This document shows, piece after piece, positions 1 through 13,337 of a stretch of DNA of 64,000 bases (position 1 is its first letter; each line of letters opens with the position of its first letter). The DNA lies in contig JBNRSN020000014.1 in the NCBI GenBank assembly GCA_051313645.2, positions 138,012,001 to 138,076,000 of the forward strand, written 5' to 3'. A model generated the notes under the pieces. That model was given only the letters and a program-made list of their open reading frames with translations. It did not search any database and was not told the origin of the DNA. Position numbers and translations under genes: made by a program. The stretch comes from Centroscyllium fabricii (lineage: Eukaryota).

Positions 1-887
1 TCACTCCCAATACCACTCTCAACATCATTCCTGATACCACTCCCGATATCAATCCCAATACCACACCCGATATCCCTCTCGATATCACACCCACTATCAC
101 ACCCAATATCACTACTGACATCACACCCAACACCACTTCCAACATCACACCCGACATCACTCCTGATATCACTCCTGATACCACTCCCGATATCACTCCC
201 GACATCACACCTGACACCACTCCCAATACCACTCCCGAAATCACTCCCGATATCACACCCGACATCACACCCAAAAATACTCCCGATATCACTCCCAATA
301 CGACTCCCAACATCATTCCTGGTACCACTCCCGATATCAACACCAAATCCACTCCCGATATCCCTCCTGATATCACACCCACTATCATTACCGATATCAA
401 TCCTGACATTACACCCATTATGACACCCAACATCACTCCCGACATCACACCCAACATCACTCCCGATATCACATCCAATATCACACCCGACATCACTCCC
501 GATATCACATCCAATATCACACCCGACATCACTCCTGATATCAATCCCGATAACACTCCTGATTTCATTCCCAATACCACTCCTGATATCCCTCCCGATA
601 TCACACCGGATATCACTCCCAATATCAATCCTGATACCACACCCAATATCACTCCCAATACCACTCCCGATAACACTCCTGATTTCACTCCCAATACCAC
701 TCCCAACATCACTCCCAATACCACTCCCAATATCACACCTGACATTCCCGACATCACACCTGCTACCACACCAGTTATCACACCCGATATCACTTCAGAT
801 ATCACACCCAGTATCACTCCTGCTATCACACCAGTTATCATACCCAATATCACTTCCATTCTCACACCCATTATCACGCCTGATATC
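1..887. repeat. Satellite array, 12-bp unit (ATATCAC[A/T]CCCG)
   Basis: Continuous degenerate tandem copies; the 12-bp period gives an in-frame (ITPD)n pseudo-ORF at 420-893. Confidence 0.97.
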
Positions 888-2160
888 AAATGAATTCTTT
901 TACATCTGTGTTCACTATGGAGAAGGACGATGCAGACATAGAAATCAGGCAGGGGGACAGTGATATACTTGAACATATTAGCATCGATAAGGAGGAGGTA
1001 CTCGCGGTTTTAGCAGGCTTAAAAGTGGATAAATCCCCAGGCCTGGACGAGATGTATCCCAGGCTGCTGTGTGAGGCAAAGGAGGAGATTACAGGGGCCC
1101 TGACACAAATTTTCAGAACCTCTCTGGCCACAGGGGATGTGCCAGAGGACTGGAGAACAGCTAACGTAGTACCATTATTCAAGAAGGGTAGTCGGGATAA
1201 ACCAGGGAATTACAGACCAGTGAGCCTGACATCAGTGGTGGGGAAATTATTGGAAAAAATTCTGAGGGACAGAATTAGTCTCCACTTGGAGAGGCAAGGA
1301 TTAATCAAGGATAGTCAGCATGGCTTTGTCAGGGGGAGATCATGTCTGACCAATTTGATTGAATTTTGAGAGGGGTGACTAGGTGTGTGGATGAGGTAGT
1401 GCAGTGGATGTGGTATACATGGATTTCAGTAAGGCTTTTGATAAAGTCCCGCATAGGAGACTGGTCAAGAAGGTAAGAGCCCATGGGATCCAGGGCGTCT
1501 TGGCACATTGGATCCAAAACTGGATTAGTGGCAGAAGGCAGAGGGTGATGGTCGAAGGTTGTTTTTGTGACTGGAAGCCTGTGTCCAGTGGAGTACCGCA
1601 GGGAGGATCGGTGCTGGGTCCCTTGCTGTTTGTAGTCTATATTAATGATTTGGATGTGAATGTAAAAGGTATGATCAGTAAGTTTGCAGATGACACAAAA
1701 ATTGGTGAGATGGTAAATAGTGAGGAGGGAAGCCTCAGCCTGCAGGACGATATAGATGGGTTGGTCAGATGAGCGGAACAGTGGCAAATGAAATTGAACC
1801 CTGAAAAGTGTGAGGTGATGCATTTTGGAGGGACTAACAAGGCAAGAGAATACACAATGAATGGTAAGACCCTAGGAAAGACAAAGGATCAGAGGGACCT
1901 TGGTGTGCATGTACATAGATCCCTGAAGGCAGCAGAACAGGTGAATAAGGTGGTTAAAAAGGCATAAGGGATACTTGCCTTCATTAGCCGAGACATAGAA
2001 TATAAGAGCAGGGAGGTTATGATGGAGCTGTACAAAATACTGGTGAGGCCACAGCTGGAGTACTGTGTGCAGTTCTGGTCGCCACACTATAGGAAGGATG
2101 TGATTGCTTTGAAGAGGGTGCAGAGGAGATTCACCAGGATGTTACCTGGGCTGGAGCGCT
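888..2160 (+). mobile_element. CR1-clade LINE, 5'-truncated ORF2 (RT) fragment, frameshifted
   Basis: ORFs 890-1369 and 1404-1772 carry CR1 RT motifs KSPGLD, NYRPVSLTS, QHGF, DFSKAFDKV, GVPQG, KFADD and RPQLEYCVQFWSP. Closely similar to the copy at 49772-51396. Confidence 0.95.
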
Positions 2161-3100
2161 CCATCATAAGGTCAGAAGTGGGGATGTTTGCTGATGATTG
2201 CACACTGTTCAGCACCATTTGAGACTCATCAGATACTGACGCAGTCTGTGTCCATATGCAGCAAGACCTGGACAACATTCAGACTTGGGCTGACAAGTGG
2301 CAAGTAACATTCACACCACACAAGTGCCAGGCAATGACCATCTCCAACAAACGAGACTCTAACCATCTCCCCTTGACATTCAATGTCATTATCATCGCTG
2401 AATCCCCCACTATCAACATCCTGGGGGTTACCATTGATCGGAAACTGAACTGGACAAGCCATATAAATACTGTGGCTACAAGAGCAGGACAGAGGCTGGG
2501 AATTCTGCGGCGAGTGTCTCACCTCCTCACTCCCCAGAGCCTTTCCACCATCTCCAAGGCACAAGTCAGGAGTGTGATGGAATACTCTCCACTTGCCTGG
2601 ATGAGTGCAGTTCCAACAACACTCAAGAAGCTTGACACCATTCAGGATAAAGCAGGCCGCTTGATTGGCACTCCATCCACCACCTTCAACATTCACTCCC
2701 TCCACCATCGGCGCACTGTGGCTGCAATGTGTACCATCTACAAGATGCACTGCAGCAACTTGCCAAAGCTCCTTCAACAGCACCTTCCAAACCCGCGACC
2801 TCTACCACTTTGAAGGACGAGGGCAGCAGACGCATGGGAACAGCACCACCTACAAGTTCCCCACCAAGCCACACACCATCCTGACTTGGACCTGTATCGC
2901 CGCTCCTTCACTGTCGCTGGGCCAAAATCCTGGAACTCCCTTCCTAACAACATTGTGGGTGTACCTACACCATATGGACTGTAGCGGTTCAAGAAGGTGG
3001 CTCACCACCATCTTCTCAAGGGCAATTAGAGATGGGCACTAAATGCAGGTCTAGCCAGTCAGCGATGCCCACATCCCATCAATGAATATAAAAATAAAAA
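2161..3100 (+). mobile_element. Second LINE (L2/CR1-group, different family), 3' part with A-rich end
   Basis: MFADDCT followed by ORF 2256-2813 (QQDLDNIQTWADKWQVTF...LGVTIDRKLNW...VRSVMEY), then a 3' UTR ending aatgaatataaaaataaaaa. Clade assignment is inferred. Confidence 0.85.
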
Positions 3101-3138
3101 TGGGCCAAAGGGCCTCTTTCTGTGCTGTAAAACTCTAT
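3101..3138 (+). mobile_element. CR1 3' terminal remnant (tail)
   Basis: tgggccaaagggcctctttctgtgctgtaaaactctat matches the CR1 end at 51359-51396. Confidence 0.85.
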
Positions 3139-3717
3139 GGCCGCGAAATTGGCACTTTAGCGCCGGCCCATTAGTGCCAAAAATCGGCGCTAATGGGCCA
3201 GCGCCGACGTAGCACCCAAATTAGCGCCGGGCGCTAAATTTGCCTAGTGGTTAGCGTCGGCGCTAACTGCTTGCGCGCGCTAATTTCAACGCCTGATTCC
3301 TAGCCATGATCCTCGTGCAACACCCGCACAGTCACCTGCGCCACATATTCGTCCGCGGCCGCCGATTTAGCGCCTGCCTCTAACAGCGCCAGCTTTTTCT
3401 CGTGCAGCTGAGTCCATTTGGGGCTGTTTGGACGGTATTTAAAGGGACACACTTCCTGCATTTGGGCCGGCAGCCATTTTGCGTGAGGGAGCCAGGACAG
3501 AGAGAGACATATATCCAGAGACCTGAAAAGCTTTCACAGCTCAGGGAAACCTTGAACCTACCTGCTGCTTCTGCTAAACTCAGAACTTTAAATGTACCAG
3601 CTGCTTTGCTGAGGCTGCAAAGGCTGGCGTTTCAAGTAAACTGCACAAAGTTTCAAAAAGCTTCAAAAAGTTTCAACCTCCACTTTGGCCCTTCAGCCCT
3701 GTGGCTGAGTTGTAAGG

Positions 3718-5306
3718 ATGGGAGCTGTCCTTGGCGGAGATGTTGGTTTGCTGCAGTACGTTGCCATGCAACGGAGAGAACAGCAGAGACGCAGAGCTAG
3801 AAGGCGAGAGCCGGCACCTGTGATTAGCAGAGGCAGGCGGGCACAGAGAGATGTACGCAGGCGACCTTACGGCCAAAGGGTGTTTGGCCAGCAGTATTCC
3901 TACCTCAACATGTCGGAGGAGCAGTGTGTGCGCCGTCTGCGGTTCCGCAAAGAGCCGGTGGAGGAGATCTGCCAGCTGCTTGAGGCCGACCTACAGCCTC
4001 ACCAGAGGACCAGGACCTCTCTGTCAGTTGCAGCCAAGGTGACTGTGGCTCTGAACTTTTATACCACTGGCTCCTTCCAGGCAGGTACCGGGGACATTGC
4101 CAACATTTCCCAGCATGCTGCACATTGCTACATCCGTCAGGTGACAGAGGCACTCTACAGGAGAAGGCGCCAATACATCACCTTCCCCATGGATGGCGAG
4201 CAGCAGAAGCAATGCCATGAGGGGTTTGCGGCCATCCATGGCTTCCCCATGGTGCACGGTGTCATTGATTGCACTCATGTGGCATTGCGGGCGCCTTATC
4301 AGCATACCGCAACAGGAAGGGCTTTCATTCCCTTAACGTCCAACTGGTCTCATCATGGCAGTCAATGCTCATTACCCAGGGAGCACTGCTGCATGATGCA
4401 TTCATCGGGCGGCACGGTGGCACAGTGATTAGCACTGTTGTCTCACAGCACTGGAGACCCGGGTTCAAATCCGGCCTCGGGTCCTATCTGTGTGGAGTTT
4501 GCACATTCTCCCCATGTCTGCGTGGGTTTCCTCCGGCTGCTCCGGTTTCCTCCCACAGTCCAAAGATGTGCGGGTTAGGTTGATTGGCCATGGTAAATTG
4601 ACCCTTAGTGTTTAGGGGGATTGAATATGTGGGGTTACGGGGATAGGGTGGGATATGTGTCGATGCAGGCTCGATAGGGATCGAGCGATATGGGGGGGGC
4701 AGGGGCGGGGTACTGGGTTTGGCTGATCAGCCATGATCTCATTGAATGGCGGAGCAGGCTCGAAGGGCCGAATGGCCTACTTCTGCTCCTAGTTTCTATG
4801 TTTCTATTCTGCGACAGAGCACTGTCAACGACCTGTTTGAGGGACCCAATCACCCAGATGGATGGCTTCTGGGGGACAAGGGGTATGGTGTCACCCCCTG
4901 GCTCATGACACCGCTCCGTGCACCCCACACACCTGCTGAGGAGCGCTACAACATCAGCCATCAGATGACCAGGACCATCATTGAACAGACCATTGGCATC
5001 CTAAAAATGCTGTTCCGCTGTTTGGACCACTCCAGAGGTGCCCTCCAATACGCGCCTGACCGCATTTCACGCTTTGTGGTGGTGTGCTGCATACTGCACA
5101 ACCTGGCAATCCTCAGGACACAGCCACTACTGCCAGATCTTGTAACAGCAGAGGAGGAGGAGGAGGAAGATGCGGAGGATGAGGAGGAGAAAGATGAGGT
5201 GTATGAGGAGGAGGAAGATGAGGTTCATCAACAGCAGCCCCAGCAGAGGAGGCTCCCGCAAACTGGAAGGGCTGTGCGTCAAAGGCTAGTGGACAGCCGC
5301 TTCTAG
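3718..5306 (+). pseudogene. HARBI1-like DDE transposase, frameshifted and split by a SINE
   Basis: CVRRLRFRKE, ALNFYTTGSFQ, GFPMVHGVIDCTHVAL, YRNRKGFHSLNVQLV, HDAFI|LRQS (rejoined across the SINE), [37 protein letters not shown], acidic tail. Confidence 0.93.
4407..4808 (+). mobile_element. tRNA-derived V-SINE (HE1-like) with CR1/HER1-type tail
   Basis: tRNA-like head with A box (tggcacagtgattag) and B box (ggttcaaatcc); V-domain gtgtggagtttgcacattctcccc...ggtttcctcccacag; tail gatcagccatgatctcattgaatggcggagcagg...(tttctatg)n. Confidence 0.92.
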
Positions 5307-5520
5307 GCACCTGCTAATGGGATGAGGATGGAAGGAGGTGTGGCCTTCACCGACACCTGTCCATGTCTTTTCAGTAACTTTACTCCTTATTTCTGTTATT
5401 GTCAATAAATGCACAGTGAGGTTGCAGAAAATAAATGTTTAATACATAACAAATCCCTCCCCCCCCCCCCACAAATCATAAATGAAAAAGCCAACAGGCA
5501 GAATCTGATACCCCCACACC

Positions 5521-7612
5521 CTACTTCTTTTTTTTCTGTGGGGAGCTGGTGGCCTTTCTTCGTTCCCCCCTCCCAACCCTCATGCTCCTTCTCAAAGGCT
5601 CCCCAGTGGGTGCAGCAATGGCACTGGAAGGCTGCGCAGTGGCCGAACTGGACACTGCCGCAACCTTTGGAGGTCGGCCTCGAGCGGTTCTGGGCTTGGA
5701 GGGCCCAGCTTCAGGCTGCTGCACCTGCAAATCTGCAGCAGTCTGCTGAACGGGCGGGGCCAGCAGCAGTGAGGATGTTCGGCTACTGGCACCAGCTATG
5801 CTGCCCTGGTAAGAGAGGCTCCCACCTGCCTCCTCTTCCAATGCAGCCTCACACAATGAGGACCGCTCCTCCTCCTCCCCAGCAATCTGCTGGACCACAG
5901 ATTGCTCGGTGGATGGGGCGCATCCGTCATGGTACCCGGTGCCCGCATGACTCCAGTGAGCGCACGTATGGCGTCACCAATTGGCTGTACTGACTGGAGT
6001 GCAGCAGCCACCGTGTGCAAACCAGCGGTAATGCCGCGGCCAACAGACCCCAGCTCATGGAGGTCAGACCTGATGCCACGGCCAACTACCGCCAGCTCCT
6101 GCAAGCCATCGGGCACTCTCCCCAGCACTGCCAGCATCTCGGTGTGGCGCTGCCCCGCCTGTTTCTCGATTTGCAAGAGCAGCTGCTGCTGCTCCCCACT
6201 CACGCCATCAGGAGTCGATGACCCACTGTCCCTCCGGCCAGCTCGCTGTGGAGCTGCCCCTACCTCCGTGCATTGCTGCACCCCACTGGGGCTTTCCCCA
6301 CAGTCGAGGTGCCACCACTCATCCTCGTCCGACTCCTCTCCTCCCTCTGCACCAGCATCCCCTTCCATTCTCACCTCCTGCTGGTCCTGGCCCATGGGGC
6401 TGCAGTGCTGGGTTGTGGCTTCGGGCGGGTCCTCATCTGCGGAGTCTGCTTCTGAAACGACAGATGCGACACATGAGCACGAGAGCATTTAGCTTCACGA
6501 CAAGGTGGCATGGGAGGCCAAGGTGGTAAGGGAGGTATGATGGACTCAGTGTAGGTACCGACTTCTTTGGATGGATAGTGGCAAAGGCTGCTGCTCTCAG
6601 GAGCAAGAGGAAGCAGAGAGGAGAGGATGGTGAGCAACTCACCACTGTCACCCACGGCGGGGTCGGCATCTCCTGAGGCCACAGGGGTGCTGAGGTGCGC
6701 GCCCATGATGCACTGCAGCTGCTCCTCCATGTGGCTCAGCTGCTGAATCCTGGGAGAGCCCCCCCCCACCCCCCCGTGCGGCCATGCTCCCATCGGTTGG
6801 ATGCCAGCTTGCGCTGCAAGGAACAGGAGAGAATGTGAGGTATAGAAACATAGAAGATAGGAGCAGGAGTAGGCCATTCGGCCCTTCGAGCCTGCTCCGC
6901 CATTCAATGAGATCATGGCTGATCATCCAAACCCAGTACCCCGCCCCTGCCCTCTCCCCATATCGCTTGATCCCTATCGAGCCTACACATATCCCACCCT
7001 ATCCCCCGTAACCCCACATACTCAATCCCCCTAACAGTAAGGGTCAATTTCTCATGGCCAATCAACCTAACCCGCACATCTTTGGACTGTGGGAGGAAAC
7101 CCACGCAGACACGGGGAGAATGTGCAAACTCCACACAGATAGTACCCAAGGCTGGATTTGAACCCTGGTCTCTAGTGCTGTAAGGCAACGGTGCTAACCA
7201 CTATGCCACCGTGCCACCCTACAAAGGAAGTCATGTGTAATAACAGGCTACCATGCATCACCAAGTCCTTCAAGCATAGCACTCAACTACACAAGGCAAC
7301 ATCATTCCTTAATGCAACAGGCTGATGAACAACACAGCCTGAGGGCAATGAGGCTGTGTGGAGGGGAGCTGTAGAACCATGCAGCCAAGCATTTTGCCTC
7401 AGGTGCAAAGAAGCACAGAGTGACACCTGGTTGTACTCACCCTGAGAGCCCTGCATAGGTCGTTGAATTTTTTCCGGCATTGTTCCAAGCTCCTAGGGAC
7501 AATGCTGCTGCTGCTGACCTGCTGGGCAACTTGTAGCCAGTCTGTGGCCCTGATTCAACGTCGGTTTGTGGCCACTGCACGGGTACATCGCTTCCCTGCA
7601 CTCCTCAACAGG
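5521..7612 (-). pseudogene. Harbinger Myb/SANT-like DNA-binding partner gene (spliced, 5'-truncated)
   Basis: Minus strand reads WLQVAQQVSSSSIVPRSLEQCRKKFNDLCRALR then a gtgagt donor (~7440). After the acceptor ttccttgcag (~6814) it reads RKLASNRWEHGRTGGG, then low-complexity/coiled-coil ORFs 5796-6488 and 5521-5898 ending in a basic tail. Inner exon limits are approximate. Confidence 0.82.
6841..7219 (-). mobile_element. HE1-like V-SINE in the intron of the Myb-like gene
   Basis: Reverse complement of the 4407-4808 SINE (tail, V-domain, tRNA head). Confidence 0.92.
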
Positions 7613-7616
7613 CCGA

Positions 7617-10600
7617 ATATCGCTCCTGATATCACTCCCATTATCACACCCAATATTACTCCTGATGTGGAGGTGCCGGTGTTGGACTGGGGTGGACAAA
7701 TGCAAGAAGTCACACAGCACCAGGTTATAGTCCAACAGTTTTATTTTAAAGCTTGTGATTTAAAATAAAACTGTTGGACTATAACCTGGTGTTGTGTGAC
7801 TTCTTGAATATAACTCCTGATATCACTCCTGTTATCAAACCCCGATATCACTCATAGTATCACACCCAATATCATTCCCGAAATCGCTGCTGCTATCACA
7901 GCCGATATCACACCCAATATCACTCTGGATATCACTCCCAACAACACTTCTGAAATTAGCCCCAACATCACACCCGACATCACCTCAGACATCACAACTG
8001 ATTTATGTCCAGAATTCACGCCTAATAAAACACACCCAAGATCAAAACCCAATATCAATCCCAGCATCACAGCTGATATCATATCATTCCCGATTCCACT
8101 CCCGATATCACTCCCGATCTCATATCCAATCTCACACCCGATAGCACTCCCGAGGTTACTTCCATTTTAATACCTAATATCACTCCTGATATCACTTCCG
8201 TTATCACACCGAATATAACTCCTGATATCACTCCCATTATCAAACGCAATATCACTCATGGCATCACACCCAATATCATTCCCAAAATTGCTGCTGATAT
8301 CACACTCAATATCACACCCAACATCACTCTGGATATCGCTACCAACAACACTTCTGAAATTACCCCCAACATCACACCCGACATCACAGGCGATATCACA
8401 CCTGACATCACCTCAGACATCACAACTGATTTATGTCCAGAATTCATGCCTAATACCACACCCCAACATTGCACCCAATACCATACCCCGATATCACACC
8501 CTCTATCACTCCCAATATCACACCCAAGATCAAAACCGACATCAATCCTGACATTACACCCGATGTCACTCCCAACATCACACCCGATATCACACCCGAT
8601 ACCATTGCAGATATCACTCCTGATATCACTAACAATATCACACCAGATATCACTCCTGTTATCACACCCAATATCACTCCTAACATCACACCCGATATCA
8701 CACCCGATATCACTCCTGCTATCACTCCCAAGATCAAAACCGACATCACTCCTGACATCACACCCGATAACTTACTCGATACCACTCCTAATATCACCCC
8801 CGATATCACACCAGATACAGCCCAGATATAATTCCCAATATCACACTTGATCTCATTCCTGTTATCACACCTGATATCCATCCCAATATCACACCCAAAA
8901 TCAATCCTGACACCACACCCAATATTACACTCCCGATTTCACTCCTCATATCACACCCGATATCACACCTGATATCACACCCAAAATCCCTCCCGATATC
9001 ACACCTGCTTTCCCTCTCAATATCACACCCAATGTAACTCATGATATCACTCCCGTTATCACACCCAATATCACTCATGGCATCACACCCAATATCATTC
9101 TCAATGTCACTCCCGGCATCACACCCGATATCATACTTGATACTACTCCAGATATCACTCCCGATGTCACTAATAATATCACACCAGATATCACTCCAGA
9201 CATAGCACCGAACATCACATGTGACATCACACCCGACATTAGACTCAAAATCACACCCGACGTTACTCCAGAAATCATTCCTGATTTCGCTCCCAACAAC
9301 ACACCCAATATAAATCAGGATATCGCTGCCAATATCACACCCGATATCAATCCCGATATAACTCCCAATATCAATCCCGACATCATAGGTGATATCACTC
9401 CCGATGTCACCCCAGACATCACAATTGATGTAAGTCCAGATATCATTCCTGACATCTATACCGATATCACTCCTGACATCACACCAATACCACATCCCAA
9501 TATCACTCACGATATCATTCCTGATATCACACCCAATATCTCTCCCAATATCACACCTGATATCACACCCGATATCACATCCAATATCACTCCCGATATC
9601 TATTCCGATTCCACTCCTGACATCACACCCAATTTCAATCCCGGCATCACAGCTGATATCACATCTGATACCAGTCCTGATATCAATCCTGATCTCACAC
9701 CCGATCTCACACACGATATCACTCCCAATATAATTCCCGAGGTCACTTCCAATATCACACCCAATGTCACTCCTGATATCACTTCTGTTATCACACCCAA
9801 TACCACTCTGGATATCACTCCCGACATCACTTCTGAAATCGCACCTGTGTCACCTCAGACATCACAACTGATGCATGTCCAGACATCATGCCCAATACCA
9901 CACCCCAACATCACACCTGATATCACACACAATATCACACCCCGATACCATATCCTGATATCATTCCCAATATCACACCCTGTCTCACTCCTGATATTAC
10001 TCCCATTATCACACCCCAATATCACACCACAATATCACACCCGATATCACACCCCAATAACACGCCCATATAACACACTTCGATATCACACCCTGATATC
10101 ACACCCCGATATCACACGCCAATATCACTCCCAATATAATTCCAGAGGCCACTACCATTATCACACCCGATATCACTCCTGATATCAATCCCGTAATCAC
10201 AGCCAATATCATTCCCGATATTGCTGTGGATACAACACCCAATATCACACCCAATGCCACTCTGGATGTCACTACCGATATCACTTCTGAAATTACTTCC
10301 AAAATCATAGGTGATATCACACCTGTGTCACCTCAGACATCACAAATGATGCAAGTCCAGACATCATGCCCAATACCACACCCCAACATCACACCCGATA
10401 TCACTCCCGATATCACAGCCTGATACCACACCCTGATATCATTCCTGATAGCAACCCCGATATCACTCCCGATATCACTCCCGCTATCACACCCCGATAC
10501 CACTCTGAATATCACTTCCGACAACATTTCTGAAATTACTTCCGACATCACTGGCAATAGCATACTTGTGTCACCTCAGACATCACAACTGATGCATGTC

Positions 10601-13162
10601 CAGACACCATGCCTAATAACACACCCCAACATCACACCCTGATGTCACACCCCAATATCACACCCTGATGTCACTCCCAATATCACTCCCGATATCACAC
10701 CCAATATCACATTCTCATACCACACCCAGATATCACACCCCAATATCATACCCCGATATCACGCCAGATATCACTCCCAATATTACACCTTGATATCACA
10801 CCCCGAAATTACGACCCAAGATCACACCTGATATCGTTCCTGATATCACACCTCAATATCACACCCTGATATAACACCCTGATATCAAACCCTGATATCA
10901 CACCCCGATAACACTCCTGATATCACTCCCGATATCATTCTCAAAATCACACCCTGACATCACCCCCGGATAACACACACTGATATCAGTTCCAATATCA
11001 CACCTGATATCACACCTCGATATCACACCTCAATGTCACACCTGCTATCACGCCCTGATATCACACCCGGATATAACTCCTGATATCACAGCCCAATACT
11101 GCACCCTGATATCACACTCCAATAATCAGACCCTGATATCGCACCCCAATATCACACCCCGATATCACACTTCGATATCTCACCTTGATATCACACCCCA
11201 ATGTCACACCCCAATATCACACCCCGATTTCACACCCCGATATCACTCCTGATATCACACTCCGATATCAAACCCCAATATCACACCGCGATATCACACC
11301 CGACATCACACCTGATATCACACCTCGATATCACAACCCAATATCTCACCTGATATCGAACCACAATATCACACCCCAATATCACTCCTGATATTACACC
11401 CCGATACCACAACCTGATATCACACCCTGATATCACACACCTAAATACCACGCCTCATTATCACACCCTGATAATCACACACTGATATCACACCCCGATA
11501 TCACACCCCAATATCACAACTCAAGATCTCACCTCGATATCACACCCTGATGTCACACCACAATATCACACCCTGATATTACTCCTGATATCACACCCCG
11601 ATACCACACCCAATATCACACCCCGATATCACAACCGATATCACACCTGATATCACATGACAATATCGCAACCATTGTCACACCCTGATATCACATCGCA
11701 ATATCACACCCCAATATCACACCCCGATATCACACCCAATTACATACCCTGATGTCACAACCAATATTACACCCTGATCTCACATCCCAATATCACACCC
11801 TGATATCACACCCAGATATAAGAGCCCGATACCACCAACCAACATCACACCCCGATATCACACATACAGATATGACACCTCGATATCACCATCCGATATC
11901 ACAACACAATATCACACCCGATAACACACCCTAATATCACACCCTGATATCACATAGATAGCGCACCCCAATATCACACCCTGAAATCACAACCCGATAT
12001 CACACCTTGATATCACACCATGATGTCACACCCTGATACCAAAACTGATGTCACACCTGATATCACACCCCAGTATCACACCCCAGTTGCACTCCCAATA
12101 TCACACCTCAATATCACAACCTGATATCACACCACAATGTCACACCCTGATAACACACCCTGATATCACACCACAACATCACATGATATCACACCCCGAT
12201 ATCACACCTGATATCACACCTGATATCACACCTGATATCACACCCTGATATCACACCCTGATATCACACCGATATCACTCCCTACATCACACCTGATATC
12301 ACACCCGATATCACTCCTGATATCACACCGATATCACTCCCTACATCACACCTGATATCACACCCGATATCACTCCTGATATACACCCCGATATCACACC
12401 CTGATATCACACCTCAATATCACTCTCGATATCACACTTCAATATCACACCTCGATATCACACCCTGATATCACACCCCAAACCACACCAAGATATCGCA
12501 CCCTGATATCACACCCCAGTATCACACCTTGATATCACACCCCAATATCACCCCACCCCCCGATATAATTCCAGAGGTCACTGCAGATATCACACCCATA
12601 CCACTCTGGATATCTCTCCGAATCTCACACCCGATATCTCACCCCGATATCACTCCCGCTATCACACCCGATATCACACTCGATATTGCACCCCGATATC
12701 ACTCGCAATATCACACCCCAATATCACACCTGAATATCACACACCCCTATCACACCTTGATATTACACCCCGATGTCACACACGTTATCACACCCGATAA
12801 CACACCCGGATATCACACCCAAATATCACACCCCGATAACACACCCGAGATTACACCTGACATCACACCCCGATAACACAGCCAATATCACACCCCGATA
12901 TCACACCACAATATCAAACCCGATATCATAATACCCCGACATCACACCCGACATTACACCCGATATCACATCCCAATATCACACCTCAATATCACACCCT
13001 GATATCACTCCCGATATCACAACCCGATATCACACCACAATATTACACCTCAATATCACACCCTGATATCACACACCAATATCACACCCCGACATTACAC
13101 CCCGATATCACACCCAATATCACATCCCAATATCATACCCCATTATCACACCCCGATAATAC
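7617..13162. repeat. Satellite array; 12-bp units changing to mixed 12/13-bp units near 10 kb
   Basis: Tandem ATATCACACCC(C)G variants; ~400-bp duplication between ~7810 and ~8215. Confidence 0.97.
7665..7806. mobile_element. Fold-back remnant, probably Penelope-like element termini
   Basis: 48-bp inverted arms 7703-7750 and 7759-7806 with 1 mismatch. Penelope assignment is from recollection of shark PLE ends and is not verified. Confidence 0.6.
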
Positions 13163-13337
13163 AGAGGCAGGAACCCTATCAACATTCAAGAAGCATGCAG
13201 ATGAGCACTTGAAATGCCATAGCATACAAGGCTATGGACCAAATGCTGGAAAATGGGATTAGAATAGACTTGATGGCTGGTGCAGAGGCAATGGGCTGTA
13301 GGACCTCTTTCTGTGCTGTATCGCTCCATGAATCTAT
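13163..13337 (+). mobile_element. CR1 3' end fragment (tail resumes at 14181-14198)
   Basis: agaggcaggaaccctatcaacattcaagaagc...gacctctttctgtgctgta aligns with 51226-51396; tatgtctctatgactcta follows the MITE. Confidence 0.9.

Larger units (their letters stand above)
3139..7616 (+). mobile_element. Harbinger/PIF DNA transposon, autonomous type, decayed, right end lost
   Basis: Left TIR ggccgcgaaattgg, TTAGCGCC-rich subterminal region shared with the MITEs, and convergent transposase and Myb/SANT genes (canonical Harbinger layout). Runs directly into satellite at ~7617. Confidence 0.92.

Noticed and set aside
4407-4480. tRNA gene (also the heads at ~7219, ~14890 and ~59665)
   Set aside because: These are tRNA-derived SINE heads joined to a V-domain and a LINE tail.
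3718-5306. Domesticated host HARBI1 (or NAIF1 for the partner gene)
   Set aside because: Frameshifted, SINE-interrupted, next to a TIR shared with MITEs and embedded in satellite, so it is a transposon copy.
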